Origin: a bacterium
GTDB lineage: Bacteria; Electryoneota; JAOADG01
Assembly: GCA_963681965.1 (NCBI GenBank)
Contig: OY820579.1
Location: 4,180,868 to 4,244,867, forward strand
Direction: 5' to 3'
Length of the DNA: 64,000 nt
Shown here: positions 19,839 to 29,748 of the stretch, piece after piece
Numbering within the stretch: position 1 is the stretch's first letter
Layout: the number at the start of each line of letters is the position of its first letter
The notes under the pieces: generated by a model
Told to the model about the DNA's origin: nothing
The model's database searches: none
What the model saw: the letters and a program-made list of their open reading frames with translations, nothing else
Translations under genes and position numbers: made by a program

Positions 19839-20337
19839 GGCTTCCTCCTGTTCACAAAGTGAGAGAATCGAGACAGAAAAATGGGCAAAGAGCAGAATTC
19901 ACTATTCCCAAATTAACACAAGAAATATTCAATAACCAGTAAAATCAAAAGAAATAAATTATTTTTCCGATTTGGCGCAATACAATCCAATAAATTCGAG
20001 AATGTCATCTTAAATAAAAGTATTTTAATTATTTACGCTTCTCACCGAGAATGCATATTCAAATTTAATGATAGAGTAGAGGAGATTTATTTTAGAAATC
20101 TCATTCACTTGCATTGATTGTCTATCAAATTCAAAATATATTGTTATTGGGGGGATACGCTTGACGACATTGCATATTTGCGCGTCGGGTTTCCCAAATC
20201 TGGAAAAGAAATTCTCGACAATTAAATATGAATAATGAAATCGGTGGGAACCATCATCTCGGCTCTCGCCAATTAATTCACCGATATAATTCTGTGAAGA
20301 ATTGCAACCCTGATTAAGGTTGTCGAAAGGTGAATTC

Positions 20338-23112
20338 ATGAACAAACGGAAGTGGCTGGTACTACCCTTTATTATCGCGATCGTCGCGGGTATCGTGGCG
20401 TATTTTGCCATTGAATCATTTGTCATGAATCAAGCCGAAAAAGATGTTCGCGATGTCCTGCTCTCGCACCGCGGAGTCCACCTTTACATCCAGTACACCA
20501 TGCATCCGGAATTTTATCGCGCTCGCGACAACAAGGAAATTCCACTCGGTTACTATTCGCCGCAAATCCTCTCGTCATCGTATATGGTGCGAGTGTTACA
20601 TGGCTATTACAATAAGGAACGGGAAATAGCCGGTTTGCAACCGATCTATTACAAGATGGCGGCGGACAATCCCCGCAATCCCGTCAATCGTGCTGATTCC
20701 AATGAAGTAAAATTGCTGAAATACTTCCGCGAGCATCCCACTATCAAAGAATACCACGCTGTCGAGCGGATCAATGGACAAACTTGTCTGGTATTTGCGA
20801 TGCCGTTTTTACGCACCGAACAGCGTTGCCTCGTCTGTCACAGCACCCGCGACAAGGCGCCGCCCGGTGTGCAATCGCGCTACGAGGGAAACGGTGGATA
20901 CGGTGATAGCGTCGGTAATATTCGCGCCGTGGAATCGCTCCGGGTTCCGATCGATCAGGAGCAGGTTGCCGTTCAAGTCGCATCTCTTGCTACATTGGCA
21001 GGTTTCGGTGCAATTGCCGGTCTGTTTATTTTCAGCCGCAAATTACGGCAGTCAGTGTTGAACCGCACTCTGGATTTGTCATCGCGCGAATTGACTTCAC
21101 GCCGATTGTTGGAAGCGGCGAAAGCAGTACCGATCGAATATATCCCGTCGGAGGATCTGTTCACTCACGTTGGTGGACAAATCCAACAGATACTCGGTAT
21201 CGATCCGTCGAAATTGCGTACCCGTGCCGATCTGGAAGCGTTAGTCGTGCAACCCGATCGCGACAATGCGTTGCTTCAGTGCTGGCAGGAAATAGAAAAC
21301 CACCGCGACCACGAATGTGAAATTCGCATGATCGATCGTCGATCCGGGCAAGTAAAGATTTTGCACTTGGCGATCAATATCGTTACCGAAACCGGTCGAA
21401 AAATAAAAGCTGTCGGATTCCTGCACGATGTGACCGAAGACCGACAGCGGGAAGCAATTGTCAAAGCGCGATTGCGGATTACCGAAGCGGCATTTTCCAA
21501 ATCGCTTGACGATGTTTCCCTCACGATAACCAATGTTGCCGAGGAACTAACCGACAGCGAAATTGCGTTTCTACATTTGGTCGATCACGGAGAAAGTGCA
21601 TTCACTCTGACGCAATGGTCGACGAATACTTTAAAGAATTGCGAACCGACTGCCCGCAGAATGCATTACCCCGCCGAACAGGCAGGCATCTGGGCAGACA
21701 GTCTCCGGCAACGAAAAGTAGTGATTCATAATGATTATAGTTCCGAAGCGAATCGCAAAGGATTACCGGATGGACATGCCCCGTTGTTACGCGAGTTAGT
21801 AGTACCCATCTTCAACGGTTCATCGATCATTGCACTGCTCGGCGTCGGGAATAAAAAGAGCGACTATACCGACTTCGATGTCGACTCGATCAAGCAGTTA
21901 CTGGATCTAGTTGCGGAAATTATCCTGCGAAAACAGGCTGAGGAAGATGCCCGACGAATGCACGAGCATTTGCAACAAGCACAGAAAGTGGAAGCGATCG
22001 GTCGACTCGCGGGAGGCGTCGCACACGATTTCAACAATATGCTCAGCGTCATTATCGGTCATGCCGAAATTGCGATGAACATCACTCCGGATAATTCCAG
22101 CATTCAGGAAAATTTGCGGGAAATCAGCAATGCCGCCGATCGATCGGCTTCGATCACCCGGCAGTTGCTCGCGTTTGCACGTCGATCGATTACCACCCCG
22201 AAGATACTCGATTTGAATCTAACCGTCGAAGAGATGTTGAAAATGCTGAAACGGTTGATCGGCGAGGATATCGAGTTGAATTGGGTACCCGGTAAGAACA
22301 TTGGAAAAGTGAAAATCGATCCGTCGCAAGTCGATCAACTCTTGGTGAATTTAGCGACCAATGCGCGCGACGCGATTAAAGGAAATGGTCGAATCGTCGT
22401 AGAGACGGCGAGTGTAGAATTCGACGATCAGTATGTTCAGACACACCCCGGTACTTTGTTTGGTCGTTACGTAATGTTGGCTGTGACCGATTCCGGCTGC
22501 GGTATCCCGAAAGACATGATCGACAATATTTTCGAACCGTTTTTCACCACCAAGGATCTGGGTAAAGGAACCGGTCTGGGACTTGCAACGGTATTCGGAA
22601 TCGTCAAACAGAATGGCGGTTTCATCAACGTATATAGCGAACTGAATGAAGGCACTGTTTTTAAGCTTTATCTGCCAAGTGTGGTCGATGATGTCGAGCA
22701 GTCGACCAATGGCAATCGTGAGATCGCACCCTCGGACTATTCTGGTAGCGAGACCATCTTAATTGTCGAAGATGAAGCCGCAATTCTCGAACTAACACGC
22801 CGGATCCTGCACGATCTGGGATACAAGGTGTTGACTGCGGGCGGTCCTGACATTGCCGTGGAGATTGCCGGAAGTTATCGCGAGAAAATCGATTTACTCA
22901 TCACCGATGTGGTGATGCCGGGAATGAATGGACGCGACTTATCGGACAAGATTCGTGAACTCCATCCCGAGGCGAAGAATTTATTTATGTCCGGATACAC
23001 TTCGGATGTGATGCTGCAGCGGAAACTCTTCGACAGTGAAACGAGCTTTCTGGTCAAACCGTTTGCGCTGAATGACCTTGGTAAGCGCGTCCGACAGCTC
23101 TTGAGCAGTTAA
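20338..23112 (+). CDS. Hybrid sensor histidine kinase (periplasmic DUF3365-like c-heme domain, PAS, GAF, HisKA, HATPase, REC)
   Basis: TM segment, NPRNP.N.AD, CLVCH heme motif, second TM; GRLAGGVAHDFNN, NLATNARDA, D.GCG, EPFFTTK..GKGTGLGL; receiver ILIVEDE...DVVMPGMNG...KPF. Confidence 0.92.
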   Translation: MNKRKWLVLPFIIAIVAGIVAYFAIESFVMNQAEKDVRDVLLSHRGVHLYIQYTMHPEFYRARDNKEIPLGYYSPQILSSSYMVRVLHGYYNKEREIAGLQPIYYKMAADNPRNPVNRADSNEVKLLKYFREHPTIKEYHAVERINGQTCLVFAMPFLRTEQRCLVCHSTRDKAPPGVQSRYEGNGGYGDSVGNIRAVESLRVPIDQEQVAVQVASLATLAGFGAIAGLFIFSRKLRQSVLNRTLDLSSRELTSRRLLEAAKAVPIEYIPSEDLFTHVGGQIQQILGIDPSKLRTRADLEALVVQPDRDNALLQCWQEIENHRDHECEIRMIDRRSGQVKILHLAINIVTETGRKIKAVGFLHDVTEDRQREAIVKARLRITEAAFSKSLDDVSLTITNVAEELTDSEIAFLHLVDHGESAFTLTQWSTNTLKNCEPTARRMHYPAEQAGIWADSLRQRKVVIHNDYSSEANRKGLPDGHAPLLRELVVPIFNGSSIIALLGVGNKKSDYTDFDVDSIKQLLDLVAEIILRKQAEEDARRMHEHLQQAQKVEAIGRLAGGVAHDFNNMLSVIIGHAEIAMNITPDNSSIQENLREISNAADRSASITRQLLAFARRSITTPKILDLNLTVEEMLKMLKRLIGEDIELNWVPGKNIGKVKIDPSQVDQLLVNLATNARDAIKGNGRIVVETASVEFDDQYVQTHPGTLFGRYVMLAVTDSGCGIPKDMIDNIFEPFFTTKDLGKGTGLGLATVFGIVKQNGGFINVYSELNEGTVFKLYLPSVVDDVEQSTNGNREIAPSDYSGSETILIVEDEAAILELTRRILHDLGYKVLTAGGPDIAVEIAGSYREKIDLLITDVVMPGMNGRDLSDKIRELHPEAKNLFMSGYTSDVMLQRKLFDSETSFLVKPFALNDLGKRVRQLLSS

Positions 23113-23130
23113 ATCGCGGTCGATTGCAAC

Positions 23131-23865
23131 ACATCTTTTCGGTAGGTCGGAATTTATTCCGACTCTTTTTTTTAGTAGGGGCGGGTCCCCGCGCCCGCCC
23201 GTTTTTGCATCTTTATTTTTTATCTTTTCCTTTCACCCATCACCTACCCCCCACCACCCATCTTTTCGGTATGTCGGAATTTATTCCGACTCTTTCGTTT
23301 TTAGTAGGGGCGGGTCCCCACACCCGCCCGTTTTTGCATCTTTATTTTTTATCTTTTCCCATCACCCATCACCTTCCCCCCATCACCCTCCTATCTTGTC
23401 GTTGCGAGGAACGCAGCGAAGGAACGTGCGTAGCACTTCCGAAGCGAAGAGACGAAGCAATCCTGAAAGGCTCACCATAGGTAATCTCTTTTTTTGTAGG
23501 TACAGACAAGAGTGTCTGTCGCTACAACTTAAAAAAAACGGGCGGTTCACGAACCGCCCCTACCAAAGAAGAATAAACAAAAAATGAGTAGGTTGCCACA
23601 TGCGCCGAACGGTGCATTCGCAGCGACCAATTAATAAAAAAGATGCGGGCGTCCGCGGAGGGTCGCCCCTACTGCAGGATAAAGGATACAAGAAAAATGA
23701 TACATGATCGGGCGGGCATGGGAGCCAGCCCCTACTTCAAGATGCAAGACTAATACGCGGACCTTTTTAGTCCGTTGTAACCGATTTTTTCCCTACTACC
23801 CAACCCCTATCTCCTATCACCCATCTTTTCCCCCAACACCTACCACCCAACACCCACTACCCATC
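23131..23865. repeat. Mosaic REP array 4 (includes a ~127-bp duplicated unit)
   Basis: GTAGGTCGGAATTTATTCCGAC at 23142 and 23269, each followed by a GTAGGGGCGGGTCCCC hairpin. Then TGTCGTTGCGAGGA...GAAGCAATCC, GTAGGTACAGACAAGAGTGTCTGTCGCTAC (23496-23525), several inverted ...CCCCTAC hairpins, and C-rich heptamer tracts. Confidence 0.88.
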
Positions 23866-23898
23866 CTGTCCCGAAGAACCATGTATTAAGCACAAAAT

Positions 23899-23927
23899 TT
23901 GCGTTTCGCATCCGCTCGCGTTAAGTT
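23899..23927 (+). promoter_or_regulatory. Putative sigma70 promoter for the riboswitch leader
   Basis: TTGCGT-17 bp-TAAGTT, ending 6 nt before the P1 stem of the riboswitch. Confidence 0.45.
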
Positions 23928-23933
23928 GATCCC

Positions 23934-24120
23934 ATCGAAGTGCATTTGCTTCATCGGGAATCCCGTGTAAATCGGGAACGGCCCCCGCCACAGTTAGCGT
24001 CGCAAGCGAGTCTTATCTGCTTTGCCACTGACCGGCACGATCGCAATCGCGGTTGACCGGTTGGGAAGGCGACTCGATCAACCTCACCGTTGATACGCAA
24101 GTCTGGAAACCGGCTTCGAT
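23934..24120 (+). ncRNA. Cobalamin (AdoCbl) riboswitch
   Basis: P1 is ATCGAAG (23934) paired with CTTCGAT (24114). Contains GGGAATCCCGTGTAAATCGGGAACGGCCCCCGCCACAGT, GCCACTG...TGGGAAGGC and the B12 box AAGTCTGGAAACCGGC. Confidence 0.9.
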
Positions 24121-24252
24121 ACCCTATTGACCAATGCCCGCGGGGAGTGGGTGCGGTACGCCGTGTTTCCATTTTTTTTAATTTCTACACGCGACCTGCC
24201 CGATTCTAGAATCTCCCGCGATCAAATATTTCTCATTGGAACGGGAGGTCCG

Positions 24253-25605
24253 ATGTTTCGTATGTCCGAAAATCTATCTACAACCATTCGACTATTCATT
24301 CTCACAATTGTTTTGCTGCTCGTCGCTACTACCAGTTGGGCAACCTTTCCCGATGATCCCGGCTTCTTTGTAATCCGTGGCTTTTCCAATGCGCATCTGA
24401 TCTGGTTGCCATCCGATAATTCGACACCCACCGATCTTGGTGCACTCGGAGCCGGTGCGACGCGCGTCCACATCGCCGCCGGATTCATTTTAATCACTCA
24501 TGCCGGAAGTTTATCAACCGGCGCCGGTAGCAGTCTCTGGTATGCACCACTCTCCGAAATCGGAATGTCGATCCGTCAGCATCGATCGCCGAATTGGACG
24601 GTATGCCCCTTTGCCGATTTCTCGAATGCATACGATGTCGCCTACGCCAACGGTTTCGCCTGGGTAACCCTGCTCGGTACCAATCAGTTGACTCAAGTCA
24701 ATCTGACAACCAACACCATCGTTGCTACGCAGCCGACAGTCGCCAATCCACAGGACATTCTTACCGCGAATAACAAATTGTATGTGTCCGGTTCCGGATT
24801 CGGTTCCGGTCGAAAAGTCGGAATCCATTATCCGGGTGGACAATCCCGCGATTCAATTACAGTCGGAATCAATCCTCAGGGACTTGCAGTCAATCCTGCC
24901 ACTGGCATCGTCTATGTTGCGTGTTCCGGTTCCAGTTGGGGAAATCCTACCGTTCCCGGCAGCATCGCAATCATCCGTCCCGACAATTCCGACACCGTAC
25001 TGTCATTGCCGCAATCAGCGTTCTACCCTTCTTCCGTAACGATGACTGCATCTGGTTCGATCTACTTCGCCGATGAGTACAGTACTCCGCATCTGGTACA
25101 ACTCACTGAACCGACACCGAGTCATTTCTCAATTACACCACTGCAACTATCCGGTGGCTGGAGTCTCCTTGCTGCACCCGATAGCGGCATCTTCATTGCA
25201 TCGTCGACCACCAATACGATCTGTCACTATTCGGCAACGCAACAATTATTGCAAACATTCAACCCCGGTGGTGTTCCGGCAGGTCTGGTTTTTTGGAGTG
25301 GTCAATCGACAACCAGTGTCGAACAAGAACCCGCGCAGCTTACTAATTACACGATACTCCGTGCCTATCCGAATCCATTCAATGCGCAATCGACCATCGA
25401 ATATCGACTCCCGAACGCAACCGATGTGCGTGTGACTGTGACCGATCTTCAGGGTCGCGAAATCGCAGTGTTGACAACTGGTGTCGAACCTGCTGGAATG
25501 CATCGTATCCGGTTCGATGGTTCGACTTTTGCCAGCGGTACTTACTATCTCGTGCTGACTGCAAATCAGGTACGTTCCATTAGACCGCTGCAGCTTGTGA
25601 AGTAA
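24253..25605 (+). CDS. YncE/BtuG-like beta-propeller with T9SS-type CTD, riboswitch-controlled
   Basis: GGAGG SD at 24244 and signal peptide; blades such as NKLYVSGSG and ITVGINPQGLAVNPATGIVYVACSG; CTD AYPNPFN...SGTYYL.L...LVK. Confidence 0.75.
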   Translation: MFRMSENLSTTIRLFILTIVLLLVATTSWATFPDDPGFFVIRGFSNAHLIWLPSDNSTPTDLGALGAGATRVHIAAGFILITHAGSLSTGAGSSLWYAPLSEIGMSIRQHRSPNWTVCPFADFSNAYDVAYANGFAWVTLLGTNQLTQVNLTTNTIVATQPTVANPQDILTANNKLYVSGSGFGSGRKVGIHYPGGQSRDSITVGINPQGLAVNPATGIVYVACSGSSWGNPTVPGSIAIIRPDNSDTVLSLPQSAFYPSSVTMTASGSIYFADEYSTPHLVQLTEPTPSHFSITPLQLSGGWSLLAAPDSGIFIASSTTNTICHYSATQQLLQTFNPGGVPAGLVFWSGQSTTSVEQEPAQLTNYTILRAYPNPFNAQSTIEYRLPNATDVRVTVTDLQGREIAVLTTGVEPAGMHRIRFDGSTFASGTYYLVLTANQVRSIRPLQLVK

Positions 25606-25607
25606 CG

Positions 25608-26261
25608 ATGATTCGCAGAGCATCGTACACTGCGCTCTCGCTGATAGTGTTACTACTGCTTGGCAGCAGTGGCTGCGAACGCTCGTCGAGCAATTCACCA
25701 CTGACACAACGCGATCCGAATCCGTGGGGAGATGAAGTTGTATCGATTCACTACGGAACCAATGCCGGATTCGGTCAACCGTATTTTCCGGGTAATATTT
25801 TAGGCGGACCCGATACATCGGCATCGTGGTTTTCGCCGGCATACGATCCGCAACAATTACTAACTCTGGGGCGTGGCGGCGAGATCGTGCTGGCGTTCCG
25901 CGATGGCGGAATTTACGATTCCAGTGGTGCCGACTTCACTGTTTTCAGCAATCCATTCGAAGTCCATGCTTCCGGAGAATTCTATCGTAAATGCGGGATT
26001 GTTTCAGTCAGTGAGGACGGGTTACACTGGCACGAATTTCCATTCGATACCACTACCTTTCGCGGATTGTGTGGTGCCACTCCGACCAACGGTTCGGCGA
26101 ATCCGCTTGATCCTGCCGTCAGCGGCGGCGATTCGTTCGATCTGTCCGATATCGGATTGAATCATGCGGTATTTGTTAAAATAACCGATGCCGCCGACCG
26201 AGTTCCGGATAGTGGCGATTCGTTTAATTTGGATGCCGTTGTCGCCATCCACGGTGGGTGA
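25608..26261 (+). CDS. Cell-surface lipoprotein (BtuH/LIC13355-like beta-sandwich)
   Basis: Lipobox LLGSSG-C; motifs LTLGRGGEIVLAF, GADFTVFSNPF, VSVSEDG..W, GGDSFDL, FVKITD, LDAV. Starts 2 bp after the upstream gene. Confidence 0.65.
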   Translation: MIRRASYTALSLIVLLLLGSSGCERSSSNSPLTQRDPNPWGDEVVSIHYGTNAGFGQPYFPGNILGGPDTSASWFSPAYDPQQLLTLGRGGEIVLAFRDGGIYDSSGADFTVFSNPFEVHASGEFYRKCGIVSVSEDGLHWHEFPFDTTTFRGLCGATPTNGSANPLDPAVSGGDSFDLSDIGLNHAVFVKITDAADRVPDSGDSFNLDAVVAIHGG

Positions 26262-26313
26262 TCAATAATTGTATCTGGGAAATATTCGGAGGTGAGATTT
26301 CAACACCGATCAA

Positions 26314-26961
26314 TTATTGAGGGGTTGGATTCGATTGTTCAGATATAATGCCGTTGTGATGCGGTGGATCCCATGGCATTGTGTGTGCCCCTTGGAATAA
26401 AATCATCCTGCCGTACGGGATACCAGGTTTGATCAAGGCGAGACCGCAATTACCGAGCCGTAGTGGCATCGCCGGCGATTCCGGTAAACCGAGTGCACTG
26501 AAAATCACACAATTCAATATCGCCTGATGCGCAACGACCAACGGTACCCTCGTCTCATTGCGCAACATTGCAACAAATTCGGATCCGCGATGACACAATT
26601 CCCTTTTCGATTCGCCATGCGGATACCTGAAATCGAGATCATCCCACACGATCGAAAAATCAGGATGATTCTGCAGATATGCTTCGAGACTTTCCCCTTC
26701 TGCATCGCCGCAATTCCACTCCATTAACCGTTCGTCGAGAATCAACGGCAGCTTGAGTGCGTTGGCGACAACCTCCGCAGTATTTCTGGCACGCAGCAGT
26801 GGAGAAGAATAAATGATTTCGGGTAATGGATCGAATTGGGTGGTATCGACTAACTGGTGAGCTTGCTGTCGACCGAGATCGGAAAGGGGAATGTCGGATT
26901 TACCTTGAATGCGATGATGACGATTGAATTCAGTTGCACCGTGCCGTAAAAACCACCACAT
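26314..26961 (-). CDS. Histidine phosphatase (phosphoglycerate mutase/CobC-like family)
   Basis: LRHGAT..N...IQG..D.PLS..G..QA, YSSPL.RA..TA, L.E...G..EG, GES, VAH. Confidence 0.9.
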   Translation of the reverse strand: MWWFLRHGATEFNRHHRIQGKSDIPLSDLGRQQAHQLVDTTQFDPLPEIIYSSPLLRARNTAEVVANALKLPLILDERLMEWNCGDAEGESLEAYLQNHPDFSIVWDDLDFRYPHGESKRELCHRGSEFVAMLRNETRVPLVVAHQAILNCVIFSALGLPESPAMPLRLGNCGLALIKPGIPYGRMILFQGAHTMPWDPPHHNGIISEQSNPTPQ

Positions 26962-26979
26962 CGCGCATCCTCAAAGTTC

Positions 26980-28887
26980 TTAATGTTTCCATTCCAGCCA
27001 GACTTTTGTGCCACCGGATTCGGTAAGTGGCGCTTCGAACCGAATCGTGCCGTGCATCCGTTCGACTAATTTCCGGACGAGAATCAAACCGACACCGTTA
27101 CCCGGTTCGTTCCGGGCACCGGGATGCGAGTGAATGGTTTGACCCGATTTTACTTTTCGTTGCAGTTCATCCGTCAAGCCCGGTCCTTCGTCGGAAATAT
27201 AGAATCGGATTGAATCCGGCGTGTCGATTGCGCCGATATGGACCGTTTTTCCGGTGGGTGTAAATTTGATGGCATTGTCTAACACATTCGACAGAACCGT
27301 TTCCCGCAAGATTTCGCTGTTGATCCCATTCAATTTGCCGTCGCCACCATCATTGACCAACTTCACGCCGGCAGTCAGTGCCGCCAGTTCATGATCGCGA
27401 ACCACCATCTCCAGCAATGGCGTTGCCGTCGTCGAGAGATCGGGGCGGGAAGTGGTCAGGACCGTATAGTTCTTGATAAATTGTAGATAACTATTCGCTT
27501 TGTCCGCCAGCGACCGGATCTGAGTCGCATTCTCCACCGTGATCGGATCTTCTTCCGAGTAAAATTTCAGTCCGTGAAGAATATTACCGATATCGTGAGC
27601 GAAAGTCGCCGTGAACATTTCCCGGTCCTGTTGATCGATTGCAATCATCTCCAACAACTTCGACGATAACACTGTCCAAGTGAGATTTAAATTGGTAATC
27701 AGTTGTTGTTCGATGCGAAATCGGGATAGATACAAATAGATCTGGAATTTTCGAATGGGAAGACTGTAATTCCGCAAAACCATCTTCGGAATCACGGTCT
27801 GGAAATGCGCAATGAATATTCGATATGCCGAAATTGCTTTTTGCGTAAAGTCGATCGTTGCTACCAGATCGTCGGTATAGACCGCGGCAATTGCCATCGA
27901 GGTATAGATCCCGAGATTCAAATAGGTAAAATTGCTCTTTTCGACCAGTCCCTCGAATTGTCGATAGAAGACGACAATTTCCTTGTAGCGCTGATGTTTT
28001 TCCAGAATGCTGAGCTTCGTGCGCAAGATCAGTAGCTGCATGTACGGTGTCAGTTTCGTACCGTCGTGGAGAATTTTATCGATCAAATCATGCAGTTGTT
28101 CTGCAGCGGAAAACCGGAAGAAAAGTAGACAAGTCGTCGCACGATTGAGATACATCCAGCTATTCGGCGCTCGGGAAGTAGTGTCATTCAGAAATTCGAA
28201 GATCCGATCCGGCTTGGTGGTAAATGCCTCAATCAAGGTTTTCGTTTCGTACACCGATGCGTGAATATCGTCCAGCAACAAGGAAGGGAGAATCGTCCGA
28301 AGTTTCGATTCGGTTTCCCGGACATATTTCAGGGCAAGATCGTTCTTATCCGTGCGAAAGTAATTCTCTGCCAATTTCGCCAGCAGCAGACACTGCACGT
28401 CGCCCCGCTTCACTTTCGGGCGATCTTCCAAGAAGTCGAGGAGATATTCGGCACTTTCGTCGATTTCGCCCAGCATCCGGCAGACCGTTGTCAACCAGAC
28501 TTGGATCAATACCCGCTCGGTCGTACAATTCGGCGTCTTCTTGGCGAGATGTAGCCCGCGTAACAGAACTTTCTTCGCTGCGGTGAAATCCAGCAACTCG
28601 ATGTAAGTTCGACCGAATTCCGCCAGAACTTCGAGTTGCTTCTTCGCCGTCAATTTCTCTTTGAGTAGCCGGGCAAATACCGGAACTGCCGAAGCCGCCG
28701 AGCCCGACAACCGTAAACTGACCGCAAACCGGTACCGGTCGTCCGGTTTCAGCGCCTGATTCGATTTTGCGGAAGAAACGTCGAGAAGCGTATAGAGTTC
28801 GGCACTGCGCGCCCATTTTCCGGCTTCAAAGGCAGCACGTGCCGCAGAGAGTGTTTGGCGGGGGTCAATTGATTTCATTGTCAACAA
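26980..28887 (-). CDS. Sensor histidine kinase with a TPR-like helical N-terminus
   Basis: H-box FAHDIGN.L, N-box NVLDNAIKF, DEGPG and G.GVGL. The long helical N-terminus has no signal peptide. Confidence 0.8.
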   Translation of the reverse strand: MLTMKSIDPRQTLSAARAAFEAGKWARSAELYTLLDVSSAKSNQALKPDDRYRFAVSLRLSGSAASAVPVFARLLKEKLTAKKQLEVLAEFGRTYIELLDFTAAKKVLLRGLHLAKKTPNCTTERVLIQVWLTTVCRMLGEIDESAEYLLDFLEDRPKVKRGDVQCLLLAKLAENYFRTDKNDLALKYVRETESKLRTILPSLLLDDIHASVYETKTLIEAFTTKPDRIFEFLNDTTSRAPNSWMYLNRATTCLLFFRFSAAEQLHDLIDKILHDGTKLTPYMQLLILRTKLSILEKHQRYKEIVVFYRQFEGLVEKSNFTYLNLGIYTSMAIAAVYTDDLVATIDFTQKAISAYRIFIAHFQTVIPKMVLRNYSLPIRKFQIYLYLSRFRIEQQLITNLNLTWTVLSSKLLEMIAIDQQDREMFTATFAHDIGNILHGLKFYSEEDPITVENATQIRSLADKANSYLQFIKNYTVLTTSRPDLSTTATPLLEMVVRDHELAALTAGVKLVNDGGDGKLNGINSEILRETVLSNVLDNAIKFTPTGKTVHIGAIDTPDSIRFYISDEGPGLTDELQRKVKSGQTIHSHPGARNEPGNGVGLILVRKLVERMHGTIRFEAPLTESGGTKVWLEWKH

Positions 28888-29061
28888 AACGCATACTGGT
28901 TAAAACCGTGAAGAGGCGACCAAAAAGTTCCGATAATTCGACCGGCGGAACGAATTGGCTTCCTAACCGTAAAATATAACGTGTAAAATGACATTACAAT
29001 AACGTCAACACTTTCATCGACATTTATTCTCCCGTAATTTACGGGAAACTGGAGTTATCGC

Positions 29062-29748
29062 ATGAAATCCTTGCAGATTGTCACAATAATCGGGCTTCTT
29101 GCCGGAATCGGCTGGGCATCGCTGGCTTTCAGCGCACCGGGGCTGTTCGTCGATCAGGAAACCATCGCTGGAGCCGGGAAAACTGCTGGTCCTGCCGGAA
29201 AAGTGACGCTGCTACCTAACAAATTCCGGATCGAAGACAAAAGTTCCATCACGATTGGTCGAATCGATCGCAAATTGCTTTGGATGTTCGATACCGACGA
29301 TCACAGCTATTTGGAAGTACCGATGCTGCAAGACGACGATAAAAAGCCGCTCAGTAAGGATCTCTTTTTTCGCACCGGTCGCACTCAAAAGATCGGCGAA
29401 TGGAACTGTTACGAAGTGAAAATGAATCCGGCAAAACGCGCCGGGTGGTTCGAGGCAATCGATTCCCTGACACTCTGGATCTCCACCAAGCCCTACCCGG
29501 AAGCTGCGACATACTTCGCTTCGCTGTTTCAGGCGATGGGTATCGATCAGGATCAGCTTGCCCAAATTCAGGAAACCATCGGCAAAGGCTTTCCGATCGA
29601 AATGCACTTATCGATGCTGGAGTCCAACGTCAATACCCGGGTCAAGAAAATTGAAGCCGGTGACGTTTCTCCGAGCCTGTTCGACCCACTACCGGGCTAT
29701 CGCAAACAATCGCTGGATGCCGCTTCACCTTCACGTGGAATGAAATGA
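29062..29748 (+). CDS. Exported DUF4412-like protein
   Basis: Signal peptide; TG.TQKIGEWNCYE, TLWIS, GFPIE, V.KIE.GDV..SLF....GY. Confidence 0.7.
   Translation: MKSLQIVTIIGLLAGIGWASLAFSAPGLFVDQETIAGAGKTAGPAGKVTLLPNKFRIEDKSSITIGRIDRKLLWMFDTDDHSYLEVPMLQDDDKKPLSKDLFFRTGRTQKIGEWNCYEVKMNPAKRAGWFEAIDSLTLWISTKPYPEAATYFASLFQAMGIDQDQLAQIQETIGKGFPIEMHLSMLESNVNTRVKKIEAGDVSPSLFDPLPGYRKQSLDAASPSRGMK

Noticed and set aside
20025-20426. 133-aa minus-strand ORF in the AT-rich gap
   Set aside because: It overlaps the kinase start, has no recognisable family, and the region is more simply explained as divergent promoter DNA.
23124-23889. Short ORFs within REP arrays (also 137-346, 16908-17090, 40355-40856, 43670-44158, 46414-47097)
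   Set aside because: They are translations of the repeat modules (e.g. VAQASEPA, SEFIPT, GRGGSRTAR recur) with no SD or other coding signal.
24127-24252. ORF-track N-terminal extension of the YncE-like gene
   Set aside because: It runs through the riboswitch expression platform; the GGAGG SD supports ATG 24253.
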